Counted from the stretch's first letter, positions 35,679 to 46,709 are shown. The stretch is 64,000 nucleotides of DNA from a virus (IMGVR_UViG_3300042356_000309:2235-66234); one strand, 5' to 3'. The notes: a model not told the origin generated them from the letters alone. Program-made: numbers and translations.

Positions 35679-36014
35679 TTATGCTGACCACTCCTCCTCA
35701 ATCTGAGTAATAGCAGTAACAGCGTAAGGTAATCTAGAAGTAATATCAAGAACTGGTCTAGTCCAAGATAAAGTTAAAGACTCCTCAATTAAGTTAGCAA
35801 ATGCTGTTAACTGAGCTTTTGTTTTAGTAGCATCAGATGCAGTTGTAGCAGTGATCTGAAGACCAATTACTTCAGACGCTCCAGTAGCACCAAAACCTAC
35901 AGTATTGTAAAGAACTTGAATGTGGGTATCAGCACCTACTTCAATGTGTAAAATGTTTTTAACTGGAATTAAAAACGGAGCATTACTTAAAGTAATTTTT
36001 AAAAATTTTTCCAT
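35679..36014 (-). CDS. virion structural protein (hypothetical)
   Basis: ORF track; ATG at 36014 lies downstream of a TATATTTG element. Confidence 0.65.
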   Translation of the reverse strand: MEKFLKITLSNAPFLIPVKNILHIEVGADTHIQVLYNTVGFGATGASEVIGLQITATTASDATKTKAQLTAFANLIEESLTLSWTRPVLDITSRLPYAVTAITQIEEEWSA

Positions 36015-36058
36015 TTTGTAAAAAATTAATGGGTTAGTAAAGTACAAATATAATAAAA

Positions 36059-36817
36059 TTAATCAACGTACATCTGCTTCTCTAGATACTGGTAGAACTC
36101 TAGGCCTTCATCAGATTTAAGCCAACTCATAAATACGTCCTCCTTTCTCTCTCCAAATGGTACGGTGAGTATCTTCTTTTTGTTATTTTTCAAGTTATAG
36201 TGGATATCCTTTCCAGCTCTAAACGTTACATAACCCTCATCAAACGCTCTTGATGAAATATCGTTAACATCAATATCTGGATCTTCTATAGCATATAAGA
36301 AGTCTTCTGGATAGTTTCTTGCAAATAATAATATGTCATGCTTAATTTCAGCAGCCGTCATTTTATCTACATTAGACTCTAAATGAACCCTAGCAATAGA
36401 CTTCATCTTGTCTAAGTCTAAAGATCTTGCTGCAATTAATGCATCTACCTCTAGATTTAAATCACGAATACTATCTTCAGCTACTTTTTGTGGATCAAAC
36501 TCATAAAACAATAATCCTCCGTTAGATAAATTATCTGGATGCATATCCATGAACTGTTGAAGCATAGGATTATTTTTAGTAACACTAATTTTACCATCCT
36601 CCATTACGATTGGTTCAAGTATAGCAGTTCCGTCCTGCTCATCTTCAAATACTGATTTTTGATTCTTAGAGTATCTAAGAGCTCTATTGATACCCTTTTC
36701 TTCATCAAAGTGAAGAAGTTGTCTCCTCTTGTTACTTCTTGATTGAACAAAAAAACTAACTGGAGATTTGTCTTGTCTTAAAACATAGACCTTGTCTTTT
36801 ACTTCATTTTTTTTCAT
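36059..36817 (-). CDS. conserved head-associated protein
   Basis: RxLRYxxNQKSxFxDEQ motif; follows the capsid gene. Confidence 0.7.
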   Translation of the reverse strand: MKKNEVKDKVYVLRQDKSPVSFFVQSRSNKRRQLLHFDEEKGINRALRYSKNQKSVFEDEQDGTAILEPIVMEDGKISVTKNNPMLQQFMDMHPDNLSNGGLLFYEFDPQKVAEDSIRDLNLEVDALIAARSLDLDKMKSIARVHLESNVDKMTAAEIKHDILLFARNYPEDFLYAIEDPDIDVNDISSRAFDEGYVTFRAGKDIHYNLKNNKKKILTVPFGERKEDVFMSWLKSDEGLEFYQYLEKQMYVD

Positions 36818-36842
36818 TATACTTAATTTAAATTAAAATTAT

Positions 36843-36872
36843 AAAAAGAGAGGGACATTGGTGTCCCCCTCT
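36843..36872 (-). terminator. terminator after the major capsid gene
   Basis: AGAGAGGGACA/TGTCCCCCTCT hairpin with an A tract. Confidence 0.75.
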
Positions 36873-36885
36873 AGTTTTATTGTTA

Positions 36886-38283
36886 TTAGTCTTTGAACAA
36901 TACAAAGTTGTTTGCTCCAAGAGTACAAAGTGCACGCTCAGACAAGAAGTTAACTCGCATTGCATCTAGATCGCTAGTTTGAGCACCTCCAGCAGAACCA
37001 GTAACCCAAGTCTTGAATTTTCTGTTTTCTGCTTCGTTTGCACGGTAACGAACGTGTAAGAACGGACGCTTCATGTTTTTACCCATAACTTGGTCATATA
37101 CTGACATAGTACCAGCTGGAATAAGAACACCATTAATAGCTCCACCTACTAATCCTCCACGAAGAGTTGCATCATTCAAGTATTTCCAGTCAGACTTATA
37201 GAAGTCATAACCTCTTCTAAATGAAGTAAACCCTAAGTTAAGAGCCATATCCTTGTCGTTATCAAACAATCCGTAAGAAGTACCACCAACTCCGTAAGAG
37301 TTTTGAGCAGCCAACATATCATCGATATCGAAAGAGAACTCACGATTAACGAACAATACGTTTTCTGCGATAGCTCCTTGCTTGTCAAGACGAGCAACGA
37401 TGTCATCAAACTCACCTAATGTAGATGGATTACCTCCAGACCAAACATTTCCACGAGTTTCGATAGCTTCAAACATACCTTGAGAACCAGAATTTGTTCC
37501 TAAAACTGTAGCAGCTCCAGAAGTAGCTTCTGTCTCAACGTGTTCGATCATCATCATTTCAAGATAATCGTCAAAACGTAGACGAGTCTCGTGCTCTGCT
37601 TTAACATACCAAAGATATCCTGTAGCACCATTCTCAGTGGTTACTTCAATCCATCCAATTTGTGCCATGTCAGATCCAGCAACCTCGAAATTATCTTTAA
37701 TAATAACTGGTTTTACTTCAAAGATGTCATCAACTGGATCTAAAGAACCATCCATTCCTCCAACACCTTTCTTAAATTCAGAACCATAAACAAATGCAGT
37801 TACTGTTCCAGAAGCAAATGGAGATGTAGCGTTGTAAGCACTATCGTAGTAAGCGACAGTAAATGTAGTTCCGTTAGTAGCAACAGCAACAACAATACCT
37901 TTTGCGAATGCACTAGTTGATTCAGAAGATAAAAATACAGTTTGATTAACTCTAAAGTTACAAACATCTGAACCTGCCATTGTAAACACTTGCTGTCCAG
38001 CAGAAGGTGTTCCAATAGATCCATAAGTCAATCCTGTAAATTTAGTGTGTAGACGACCTTGCTCTGCCCATTTAATTAAGTCAGAAGCTGAAGGAATTTC
38101 AGCACTTACATTACGTAAGAAAGATGCAATAGAGCGATTACCGTAACGCTCGAATTCTTGCTCATAAGTATCAGGAAGATACTGATTCATAAAGTCAAAA
38201 GTACTAATATAGTTACTTGACAATGTAGCTTTTACAGAACTTGGCTGTAAGTCAAATCCTGGGGTGTTTAATGATCCTGCCAT
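36886..38283 (-). CDS. major capsid protein
   Basis: Follows the scaffold and precedes a terminator; biased codon use; YLPxxYExExERYGNR, WxEQGRLH and LSER...GANNF motifs. Confidence 0.85.
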   Translation of the reverse strand: MAGSLNTPGFDLQPSSVKATLSSNYISTFDFMNQYLPDTYEQEFERYGNRSIASFLRNVSAEIPSASDLIKWAEQGRLHTKFTGLTYGSIGTPSAGQQVFTMAGSDVCNFRVNQTVFLSSESTSAFAKGIVVAVATNGTTFTVAYYDSAYNATSPFASGTVTAFVYGSEFKKGVGGMDGSLDPVDDIFEVKPVIIKDNFEVAGSDMAQIGWIEVTTENGATGYLWYVKAEHETRLRFDDYLEMMMIEHVETEATSGAATVLGTNSGSQGMFEAIETRGNVWSGGNPSTLGEFDDIVARLDKQGAIAENVLFVNREFSFDIDDMLAAQNSYGVGGTSYGLFDNDKDMALNLGFTSFRRGYDFYKSDWKYLNDATLRGGLVGGAINGVLIPAGTMSVYDQVMGKNMKRPFLHVRYRANEAENRKFKTWVTGSAGGAQTSDLDAMRVNFLSERALCTLGANNFVLFKD

Positions 38284-38295
38284 TTTGTTTTAATT

Positions 38296-39369
38296 TTAAC
38301 GTTTTTTAATTCTTAATTGTCCACTGTAACCTTCGTCAATAGCTTTAACTTGAAATCCAGACTTTGGTGTTGGTGTCGGAGAGTTTCTAGTCATATCTAT
38401 ATTCTTCGACTCCTTATCAAAGTTTGTAACAGCGTCAGACTTTCCTTTTTCGTAGAAAAATCTTGCCGTCTTTTCTGGCTCCATTGCCATTGCTATTGCC
38501 TTATGAAACATCTCCGCATCTTTTAAGTATCCGTCCTTATCTAAAAAATTAGATATGAAGTTACTTAGGTTCGACTGCTTCGAAAGAATGTCATTGCTTT
38601 CTCCAGGCTTGTAAACAATCTTGGTGCTATCATCTATGTTGAATCCGAAACCTTCGAAATTGTTAGAGAATAGCTCCTCAGTTTTTTGCTTGAAGTACTC
38701 TGACTTCTTTTGTTGATCATCAAGGTTACTTTTATATGACTTAAAAGACTCATAGGCATCTCTCTCTTCCTGTGGAACAAAACCTTCTCTTGACTCAAGA
38801 GGAGCTTTATACTGTTCCTTCATTTCGTTGAAATACTGCTTCGCCTTTTTAAGCTCTTGTTTTTTAGCTAACTTTCTTTCTTTGATATCTTCATCTGAAT
38901 CGTAGTCCTCATCGTACTTCAACTTACTCAGTTTGTACTCAACGTCCTCTTCATCATCTCCGTTATCTTTATAGAAATCAGCCAATAATCTATCTGGATC
39001 GATAGAGTCAATATCTCTGTTTAGTTTAACAAAGTCTTCGATTCCTCGTCCAGTATCCCTCTTGTACTTTCTAAAGGCAGCAACGTCTTCCTCCAAATCA
39101 TCTTCAATAGATCTTGGTTGGAATAGATCGTCTATAGAGCTAACCTCCTTATTGTACTTATTCTTGATGTGAGATAAAACAATATCATCATCTATTTCAA
39201 ATTGATTAGAGCTCGTTTGCTCTAAACTTGTATCTGGTGTGTTTTGTTCACTAGCAGCCTCTTGTTCAATTAGAGACTTCTCATGATTCTCAACTAACTC
39301 TCTTTCTATCTCTTGTAATGACTTCTCTTCAGAGTCAACAAGTCTTACCTTTATCTTTGGTTCTTCCAT
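38296..39369 (-). CDS. capsid scaffolding protein
   Basis: Very acidic, helical, directly upstream of the MCP; FYEKGKxDA motif. Confidence 0.75.
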   Translation of the reverse strand: MEEPKIKVRLVDSEEKSLQEIERELVENHEKSLIEQEAASEQNTPDTSLEQTSSNQFEIDDDIVLSHIKNKYNKEVSSIDDLFQPRSIEDDLEEDVAAFRKYKRDTGRGIEDFVKLNRDIDSIDPDRLLADFYKDNGDDEEDVEYKLSKLKYDEDYDSDEDIKERKLAKKQELKKAKQYFNEMKEQYKAPLESREGFVPQEERDAYESFKSYKSNLDDQQKKSEYFKQKTEELFSNNFEGFGFNIDDSTKIVYKPGESNDILSKQSNLSNFISNFLDKDGYLKDAEMFHKAIAMAMEPEKTARFFYEKGKSDAVTNFDKESKNIDMTRNSPTPTPKSGFQVKAIDEGYSGQLRIKKR

Positions 39370-39419
39370 TTTATTTGATTTAAATTGTTACAAAATTAAT
39401 TAAAAAAATAATATAGCGA

Positions 39420-39725
39420 TTAAGATCCCTTAACCCACTTCTTATTCTTAGGTTGTGCAGTATCTTTTGGACTCCACTTTACCTTGTCTGCCCAGTATGC
39501 TGCCGATAGTTTTCCCTTAGAAATATTCTTAGCATGACGACTTTTAAATGCCTCACGTTGTCCAGCAGTCTGGTTAGTCTTAACTCCTTGTTGTCCAAAA
39601 CGTATAGTCTTTACAGAGTCTCCTTCCTTAGCCACAACAATGTGAGACTTTGTTGGGTGACTTGGAGTTCTTTTGGGTTTGTTATATCCAGTAACTCCTG
39701 CACGTTCTAGTCTTGAGTCTTTCAT
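39420..39725 (-). CDS. small basic conserved phage protein
   Basis: GYNKPKRTP...IRFGQQG...FKxRH...SAAYWA motifs. Confidence 0.8.
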   Translation of the reverse strand: MKDSRLERAGVTGYNKPKRTPSHPTKSHIVVAKEGDSVKTIRFGQQGVKTNQTAGQREAFKSRHAKNISKGKLSAAYWADKVKWSPKDTAQPKNKKWVKGS

Positions 39726-39868
39726 TTCTTCTTAGCCGTTTTCTTTGATTCTTTGAATGCCTTTTCCGTAGGAGCACCTTTAGTTCCTGGTTTTCTCATA
39801 ATCTCTCCAGATCCAGACTCTATACGTGCTCTCTTGGCATGTATGTTTGCATATAGTCCTTTCTTCAT
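39722..39868 (-). CDS. small basic protein (48 aa, GLYANIHAKR type)
   Basis: Hand translation MKKGLYANIHAKRARIESGSGEIMRKPGTKGAPT... Confidence 0.8.
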   Translation of the reverse strand: MKKGLYANIHAKRARIESGSGEIMRKPGTKGAPTEKAFKESKKTAKKK

Positions 39869-39871
39869 AAA

Positions 39872-40504
39872 CTAATTATTATCGTAAAACATATATTCAG
39901 AATCCTCTGTCTGCCACTTCTCAAAGCCTTCGCAGTTGAAGTACTCCTTATTAACCATGTAGTCTGGTTTCTCTGGGAATGGTTTAGTAACAAAGCTAGG
40001 CTCTGACCACTTGATTCTGTTATTAGGTTGTAGTGCTATCTGACCATTATCAAGAAGTATAATATGATGAGACTTATGCTCCATAGGATCCTCTGCTAAA
40101 CTGATATCTGTATTAATATCTCCAGACCCCCAGTTAATTGTTGCGTAGTATGTCCCGTTGTACCACTTTTTGTCTTTCATGTAAACTTCTACTGGAGAGT
40201 CAAACACATAAGACAATTGTGTGAGTGTGAAATTATAGCTAAAACAATTCCAAATTTGTAAAAAATGAAACGGTAAATCGGTTTCTGGTAGATTATCTGT
40301 AGTTAATAATGCATGTGATGGCAACTTATCACGCATCACACCATTGTTTAACAGAACCTGGAATAATGCTGCTTGTCCTGGAAGGCATCTAACAGAAATA
40401 ATTGTTCCTTCTGTAAACTCTCCATGACCTTTACTAAACTGATACATGTACTCGTTCCTAACAAATACCTTAAGCGGAAAGAAGTTATGCTCTATATATG
40501 CCAT
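39872..40504 (-). CDS. conserved phage hypothetical protein
   Basis: LQxWNCFS, EHKSHH and QPNNRI motifs. Confidence 0.75.
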   Translation of the reverse strand: MAYIEHNFFPLKVFVRNEYMYQFSKGHGEFTEGTIISVRCLPGQAALFQVLLNNGVMRDKLPSHALLTTDNLPETDLPFHFLQIWNCFSYNFTLTQLSYVFDSPVEVYMKDKKWYNGTYYATINWGSGDINTDISLAEDPMEHKSHHIILLDNGQIALQPNNRIKWSEPSFVTKPFPEKPDYMVNKEYFNCEGFEKWQTEDSEYMFYDNN

Positions 40505-40718
40505 TATAATTTTTTACGCTTATCCTTTAATCTCTTAGTAATAGGAATAGATAACGATAAGTTTATATCTGTCTCTGGTTTATATCCTGTTCCAGCACTC
40601 TGTCCAATGTCTAGTGATACTGGTCCCTTTGAAACATTTACACCGTAGTATGCATCAACTCCAGATTTCTGTGCTGACCCACTTATGTATGGATTAATCT
40701 TTAGTTTATTCTTTCTCA
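40504..40718 (-). CDS. small hypothetical protein
   Basis: ORF track 40504-40755; ATG at 40718 follows the portal stop. Confidence 0.55.
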
Positions 40719-40720
40719 TG

Positions 40721-43156
40721 TTATCTAGGTTCAAATGATGATAAATCAAACGCATCTAATGAATCTTCCTCTGATTCAAAGTTCATTGGAGGAAGGTTAT
40801 TCTTTCTTTGGTTAATTAGATCAGACTGACGTGTAGCTTGAAGGTCAACTCTTTTATCTTTAGCCTTCTCACGCTCCTTCTCTCTCTTCATTAATCCATC
40901 AGTCTCGATACCCTTAAGCTTCATGTTATACTCAAACTCAAGTGCCATTAGTTCCTTCTTAGCCGCAACCTCATACTGCATCTTCTGAATGTCGTACTGA
41001 GCTTCTGCTTCTTTAATAGAAATCTTAGACTGTGCCTCAATCTGAGCTGTCTGTTGTTTCTGCTCTGCTGCTGCTTGCTGAGACTGCATGTTGATCTGCA
41101 TCTGTATCTGAGACTGTTGATCCTCTCTCTGTTGTTGCTTCTCAACTCTTCTCTTTCTCTTAACCTTAAGCATCTCATTTGCAAGCTTAAGATTCTTGAT
41201 CATTCTAATATCAATAGCGTCCTCTAGATCAATCTGACCAGACTGTAGTGCTATCTGTATATTCTGTTCAACCTGCGCCTTCTCTTCCTCATCTGGCTCT
41301 AACTCTATAAAGATACCAAAAGAGTGAAGATATAGATTCTGAATGTCTTCTAGTATAGCTAAGTTGTACTTACCAACCTGCATAGCAAACTCGTCTCTAA
41401 AGTCTGCATAGTTTAGTATGTCAGCAATTCTAAGTGATAGGCACTCAGCAAGTCTCTTAGTTATATTAAGACCTCCATTTAATATGTGTCTTGTAGCAAC
41501 GTTACTATTTAATGCAGCTAACTTCTGAACCCCAACAAGTGTATCTGGATGAGGCGTAGATCCATCTCTAGCTTCATTTAATCCAGTCACGTCACGGATC
41601 ATGTTCAAGTTATAGTTATAGTTACCAATAAGTGCAGACATCTTAGACTGACCACTGTTAGTACTCAACTCTTGAATAGGAATTCTTGCATTGTTAAACT
41701 CACCGTCACCAGTGTAGCTCCTACCTATAACGGAACCAGTCTGGAAATATAACTTAAGCGCATCCTCTGGATTGTATGCAGCACCTGTACCAAGATCAAC
41801 CTCGTTAATACCGTCAGCATCAATGAATACACCGTCAGGTATAATTCTTGACATTACCTGCTGTAGCTTCAAGTGAGTTAACTGAATCTGATCTGCAAAT
41901 GGAACCATTCTCTTAACTAGAGATTGTATCTGCCCCTTATACATGCTAGGCGCATTTATAACGTAGTTACATAATGCTTTCTGAGTTGCAGCTTCTGGAC
42001 GAACCATATTCTTTAGTAAGTCCCACTTAATAAGTATGTTACTACCCATTACAAGAACACCCTCGTACCAAACATCCTTTACAACATCTATCTTCTCAAA
42101 CTTTTCGTTCTCTCCTTCTGGATTGAATCCCTCGTCTCTTCTAATTACTCTCTCACCTCCGTTGTCTAAGAACTTCTTCTTATATACAAACCTCTTGTCA
42201 GACTTGTAGTTGAAGTATAGTAGAGTAACAACCTCTTCATTAAATATGTCATCCTGGAACTGTCTGATAACTGGAAAATAGTTATACCATGCAGAACCAG
42301 AGTTCTTTATATCAACTAACTCTTCTTTTGTTAGGTTAGGATTAATCTTTCTTAACTCGGTATAGTGTACCTGCTTAACCTCTCCTACATAGTATATATC
42401 AGAAAAGTCTGGCTTCTCTGTATAGCTATAGATAAGCGCAGCTGGATCAACATAGCTAACCTGTAGCCCTGCCCCTACTAAGAACTCATGCTTCGCAGCA
42501 CCAATACCAATCTCAGTAATATCTTTATCGATCATAGGCTTTACAACGTCCCTATAATCGTTCATCTCTAATAACGTGTTAATCGCAACCTCTTCAGCTA
42601 TCTCAATAGATGGTTTATACTTAAGCTGCATGTACAATGCAAGCTCCTCATCTGTTTCTGGAATCTCCTCCTGTGGAACATTGAAAGCATCAATACCAAA
42701 CTGCTCCTTTGTCTGAACAAGCAAATCACTTGCAAGCATGTCTGCCTCAACCATCTCTTGGAACGCATTCTTCTTCTCTGCTGAGTTTATGTCTTGTGCT
42801 GATGCCTTGATAGCGTATAGCCTGTCGTTCATACCGTTAACAACGATATCGACAAACTTAGGTATAATCTGTACTGGCTTCCAGTCTAGGTTCAAGTAAG
42901 ATAGGTCGCCATTAATAGCCAATAAGTCCTTGTACATCTGCGTAGGCTGTTCACCACGAGCGTACAGTCGCAACTTATGGAACTCTAAGTATTGATCGTA
43001 ATACCTACAACTACCAGAGTTAACTCGCTTAAACCATTCTCCCTCAATTGCTTTCCCTACCCTCAGACCATACTCCTTTGTATTCTTCTCTGAGTCAGTA
43101 GCCATTTGATTTGGAAAAGGTGTGCTACTTATAATTACAGATGGTTTGCTATCCAT
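40721..43156 (-). CDS. portal protein
   Basis: 811 aa, directly after the terminase; LRLYARGEQ, IIPKFVD and IRDVTGLNEARDG motifs; Gln-rich C-terminal barrel. Confidence 0.85.
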   Translation of the reverse strand: MDSKPSVIISSTPFPNQMATDSEKNTKEYGLRVGKAIEGEWFKRVNSGSCRYYDQYLEFHKLRLYARGEQPTQMYKDLLAINGDLSYLNLDWKPVQIIPKFVDIVVNGMNDRLYAIKASAQDINSAEKKNAFQEMVEADMLASDLLVQTKEQFGIDAFNVPQEEIPETDEELALYMQLKYKPSIEIAEEVAINTLLEMNDYRDVVKPMIDKDITEIGIGAAKHEFLVGAGLQVSYVDPAALIYSYTEKPDFSDIYYVGEVKQVHYTELRKINPNLTKEELVDIKNSGSAWYNYFPVIRQFQDDIFNEEVVTLLYFNYKSDKRFVYKKKFLDNGGERVIRRDEGFNPEGENEKFEKIDVVKDVWYEGVLVMGSNILIKWDLLKNMVRPEAATQKALCNYVINAPSMYKGQIQSLVKRMVPFADQIQLTHLKLQQVMSRIIPDGVFIDADGINEVDLGTGAAYNPEDALKLYFQTGSVIGRSYTGDGEFNNARIPIQELSTNSGQSKMSALIGNYNYNLNMIRDVTGLNEARDGSTPHPDTLVGVQKLAALNSNVATRHILNGGLNITKRLAECLSLRIADILNYADFRDEFAMQVGKYNLAILEDIQNLYLHSFGIFIELEPDEEEKAQVEQNIQIALQSGQIDLEDAIDIRMIKNLKLANEMLKVKRKRRVEKQQQREDQQSQIQMQINMQSQQAAAEQKQQTAQIEAQSKISIKEAEAQYDIQKMQYEVAAKKELMALEFEYNMKLKGIETDGLMKREKEREKAKDKRVDLQATRQSDLINQRKNNLPPMNFESEEDSLDAFDLSSFEPR

Positions 43157-45429
43157 TATTTTTTTAATTGACTTTTATTGCCAGTACTATTATCGTATTT
43201 TGCAAATTTAATACTTATTTTTGATTTCTCCTCTTGACGTGCAATCATATTGTTTCTTGTAGCCATAATTGCTAGTCCAGAACTAATCGAGGCATCGTGC
43301 TTTGTTCTATTGTTTATATCGAACCTAGCCCAGTCTTCTAACGTTTTAGTGAAGTACATGCTTCCCATCTCCTCTGGATCTCTATACGTACCCTCTTGAT
43401 CGTAACCCACATACTCTTCGATGTACGTGCCTATAGCTGATGCGTGAGCCTGTTTTACATCCTCAGATGAGTTAGGTATACCACCAAGCTCTAACTCTGT
43501 CTTAGAGAGGTTAGAAGAGTGCTTGTCTGGTCTGTTCATAGAGAACCCTCTATACCCCCTATTCTTTAGATGATAGAGAAGCCTTGTCTTGTTATTCTCT
43601 ATAAGTATAGGCATACCATAGAAAACAATTGCCATCAGCACATCCTCAAAGAATATCTCTGCTGTCTGTGTCCTAGTTACGTACTCTAGAAAGAACTGGT
43701 TAGTAGGACTACCCTGTTCCATATGGAACTTAGTCTTACCGTGCAGTGATCCGTTAGAACCTCCTCCACCTACTGGACCAGATATGTCATAGGGGTCACA
43801 CCCAAATGCACCCATGTGTTCGTTCCCAGGTCTGAACCTTCCTGCTCTATCCTTAACTACATTGTTTCTAATACCGTTTCCTGGAATCCACGATACCAAG
43901 AACCTTCCAGATGGATCTGGTGACCATACAACCTCTGTATCTAGCTCTCCATTCTTCCAGTGAAAGTTCCCCCTTGTTAGTACCCTATCCTTAATTAGGG
44001 AATCATTATAATCAATCTGCTGATATATCTTAGAAAGGTTATACAACGACTGTCTTGACTCATCACGAAAAGCATGAGATTCAGTTCTCGGATACTGTCT
44101 ATAAAATTCATTGAGTGCGTCAGGGTCGTTTTTAAGCGCATTAACTTCATTATTCCAATATGTAATTACTCCAGTTTTAATTAGCTCCCCATCTATTCCC
44201 ACAACTGGCTTTGATGGGTCCTCGAATACTGGAAAACCGTACTCGTCTATAAACCCTTCAAAGTTCCACTCCATAGGTATAAATAAGGAATATAGACCAG
44301 ACTTTGTCTGGCCGTTGGCAGATCTCCTTCTAGGGTCAGAGTCCATGTATAGCCTCTTGAAGTTATCACCACCCTTTGATAGTGCGTTAGACGTTGATCC
44401 CATCATACACTTACCAATAACCTTGCTACCAAGACGTAAACAGGTCTTTGTTACCCTCCAGTTATTTAATATGTTGTCTGGCTTCATCCACTTACCACTT
44501 TCATCGTGTATGAGCATCAGAAGCTTCTCACCATCGTATGAGTTGTCAGCAGTGTTCTTCCAGTCTATCGTAGTGTCTAGACCCTCCATCACCTCCTGTC
44601 CCTCATCGTTCATGCTCCTCTTAGTGATCTTGGATGCAGGAACCCTAAACGATAGCTCTGTCTTTGGATTATCCATACCATCCTGTATCGGTTTGAAGAA
44701 GAACGGGTAGTTCTTTACGATAGGTACAACCTTATCTGTAAACATCTTCTTGGCATCAGTACCAGTCTTTGATAGTATGCCGAGTCTAGAGTCTTTAGAT
44801 ATTGTACCTATATTACATACCTCACCAGAACTCATGAACGAGAAACCACTACGTCTGTTCTTTAGGTAGCACATACCGTATGACCTGCTGTCGGCCTTGC
44901 ACGCCTCCCAGAATATATAGAATAGTCTGTTCGACTCTCTGAAGTCTGGTAGACCTATATCTATCTTAGACCACTGTAGATACATATAGTGTGTACCAGT
45001 TATGTATGTAGGGCTACCGTTATTTATAAACCAGTAACCGTTGTCTCTTCGATCAAACTCGCCCTCTATATAGTCTACCCACTGAGACTTAAATATGTTA
45101 TCTCTTCTGGTCCACTCAAAGAACGTCTTTATCTTCTGTAACTCTTTGGGTGATTCTGTAGGATGCCACCTATTTCCTAAGTTATCTACCTCTTTAGGTG
45201 TGCTTGGAAGTGCTATATATAGACCGTTTATCTCGTATATATCACCTATGGTTCCGTCCTTTGATATAACTACAACGTCATACTGATCGTCATATCCATA
45301 CTTCCATGACTTTGCCTTATTTCTTACGTGCATAGCGTTCTTGTTAACGTGATCGCTAACAACCCTATGCAGTTCATAGTTACTACTTCTTTCCGCTTGA
45401 CTTTGCTCTTCCCTCTGCAAATCCACCAT
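43156..45429 (-). CDS. terL: terminase large subunit
   Basis: KNRRSGFS Walker A variant, HDESGK Walker B, GST coupling motif and GCDPYD nuclease motif. Confidence 0.9.
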   Translation of the reverse strand: MVDLQREEQSQAERSSNYELHRVVSDHVNKNAMHVRNKAKSWKYGYDDQYDVVVISKDGTIGDIYEINGLYIALPSTPKEVDNLGNRWHPTESPKELQKIKTFFEWTRRDNIFKSQWVDYIEGEFDRRDNGYWFINNGSPTYITGTHYMYLQWSKIDIGLPDFRESNRLFYIFWEACKADSRSYGMCYLKNRRSGFSFMSSGEVCNIGTISKDSRLGILSKTGTDAKKMFTDKVVPIVKNYPFFFKPIQDGMDNPKTELSFRVPASKITKRSMNDEGQEVMEGLDTTIDWKNTADNSYDGEKLLMLIHDESGKWMKPDNILNNWRVTKTCLRLGSKVIGKCMMGSTSNALSKGGDNFKRLYMDSDPRRRSANGQTKSGLYSLFIPMEWNFEGFIDEYGFPVFEDPSKPVVGIDGELIKTGVITYWNNEVNALKNDPDALNEFYRQYPRTESHAFRDESRQSLYNLSKIYQQIDYNDSLIKDRVLTRGNFHWKNGELDTEVVWSPDPSGRFLVSWIPGNGIRNNVVKDRAGRFRPGNEHMGAFGCDPYDISGPVGGGGSNGSLHGKTKFHMEQGSPTNQFFLEYVTRTQTAEIFFEDVLMAIVFYGMPILIENNKTRLLYHLKNRGYRGFSMNRPDKHSSNLSKTELELGGIPNSSEDVKQAHASAIGTYIEEYVGYDQEGTYRDPEEMGSMYFTKTLEDWARFDINNRTKHDASISSGLAIMATRNNMIARQEEKSKISIKFAKYDNSTGNKSQLKK

Positions 45430-45679
45430 TTCCAGTATCTATTATCTTTACCGTTCCCTCATGGAACTTTGATCTCTCAGAATCTATTCTGTCTAGCATA
45501 AATAACGCATCCTCAAAAGCTAATCTCTTAGCAGCTGCTGCATTCTTCATCTTGTCAGCAGATATATCGTCTTCGCTATTGTTTATGATTGGGTCATTAA
45601 GTACGTTTATAAGCTCATCTACAGCCTTTTCTGCTGCCCTTAATAACCTATCCTTCTTACCCCTTAAATCTTCAGACAT
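45383..45679 (-). CDS. putative terminase small subunit
   Basis: Small helical protein directly upstream of terL; KNAAAxKxLA...GFAE motif. Confidence 0.6.
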   Translation of the reverse strand: MSEDLRGKKDRLLRAAEKAVDELINVLNDPIINNSEDDISADKMKNAAAAKRLAFEDALFMLDRIDSERSKFHEGTVKIIDTGNGGFAEGRAKSSGKK

Positions 45680-46218
45680 AAGCTACTTAATTTCATTCTG
45701 TATAACTTCTTGTTGTCTATCCTAAATTCATATTCAGACTCTGGTTTGAATGATACTAAGTCTCCAGTTTTAACGTGCTTATTTTCTGGTATATATCTAA
45801 CGTATCCGTGCAGATATTTCTCCACGTCTGTGCTTAGTATATAGTCAGAGTTATCGTTATCTATAGGCTCTACAAAGCAGAACGGATATGGAGCATTCCA
45901 CTCGCTCTTACCGTATAGAAATATTTGATCTAACTCAACGATAAATATATCCTCATCATAATGGTTCCAGCTTGACCTCTCGTTACCCTTCATGTCGTAG
46001 TATATTCTAAATACATTATGATGAACGATAACAAAGTCTCCAACAGATATATCTCCGTCATATCCTATTGGAACACTGTCTACTATCCCTACCCTGTTCG
46101 TTACAGTATGGTCCTCCTGTGATGATGATATCACAAAATCAATGTCTCCATACTTACGTACAGAGTCGTATCTCTGACCATTAAATGGCCTTATCACAAA
46201 GTAGTGAGGTGACTTCAT
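45664..46218 (-). CDS. GroES-like co-chaperonin fold protein (two-domain)
   Basis: FVIRP...GIV...P...VGDxVIVHHNV plus a second FVEP...GDLVxF...EY repeat. Confidence 0.6.
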   Translation of the reverse strand: MKSPHYFVIRPFNGQRYDSVRKYGDIDFVISSSQEDHTVTNRVGIVDSVPIGYDGDISVGDFVIVHHNVFRIYYDMKGNERSSWNHYDEDIFIVELDQIFLYGKSEWNAPYPFCFVEPIDNDNSDYILSTDVEKYLHGYVRYIPENKHVKTGDLVSFKPESEYEFRIDNKKLYRMKLSSLCLKI

Positions 46219-46436
46219 TAAAAGTTGATGTTATACTCTATTGAAACTGGTACGGTTGATCCTACAGACTTCCACTTTACAGCTTCTCCGTCCTTCTCAA
46301 CCCATATATCATATAAACCTTCGTCTGTTCTCTTGATATCAAATACAACGTACTCACCACCCATAACTGGCTTCCCTACCTGGAAATGCATAGCGTTCAG
46401 TGGGTCAGTACCTATTGATATCTTTCTAATTATCAT
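46218..46436 (-). CDS. conserved phage hypothetical protein
   Basis: IRKISIG...AMHxxVG...WK...SIEYN motifs. Confidence 0.75.
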   Translation of the reverse strand: MIIRKISIGTDPLNAMHFQVGKPVMGGEYVVFDIKRTDEGLYDIWVEKDGEAVKWKSVGSTVPVSIEYNINF

Positions 46437-46678
46437 GAGATTTCTCCTGTTTGGCCGTTCACGACACCCTCACCATACTTCTCATAGATCTCTTTCTGAA
46501 TAACAGCGAACTCGTTCTGAGACATATCTACATTCATAAGCGTAGACTGCTTGTCGTTCTTAAGTCTCTCTTCTGTAATTGTGATGTCAGCTAGACGTGA
46601 TCTAAGTTCAACGTAACGTGTTCTTGCAGAGTTGAATCTTTCTAGCTCTTCTGGTGTTAACATTCTAGTTTCTTCCAT
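46433..46678 (-). CDS. small coiled-coil protein
   Basis: ORF track; ATG at 46678; KYG...NxxTGEI C-terminus. Confidence 0.7.
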   Translation of the reverse strand: MEETRMLTPEELERFNSARTRYVELRSRLADITITEERLKNDKQSTLMNVDMSQNEFAVIQKEIYEKYGEGVVNGQTGEIS

Positions 46679-46709
46679 TTTATTTAATTTAATTTGTGAC
46701 AAATATAAT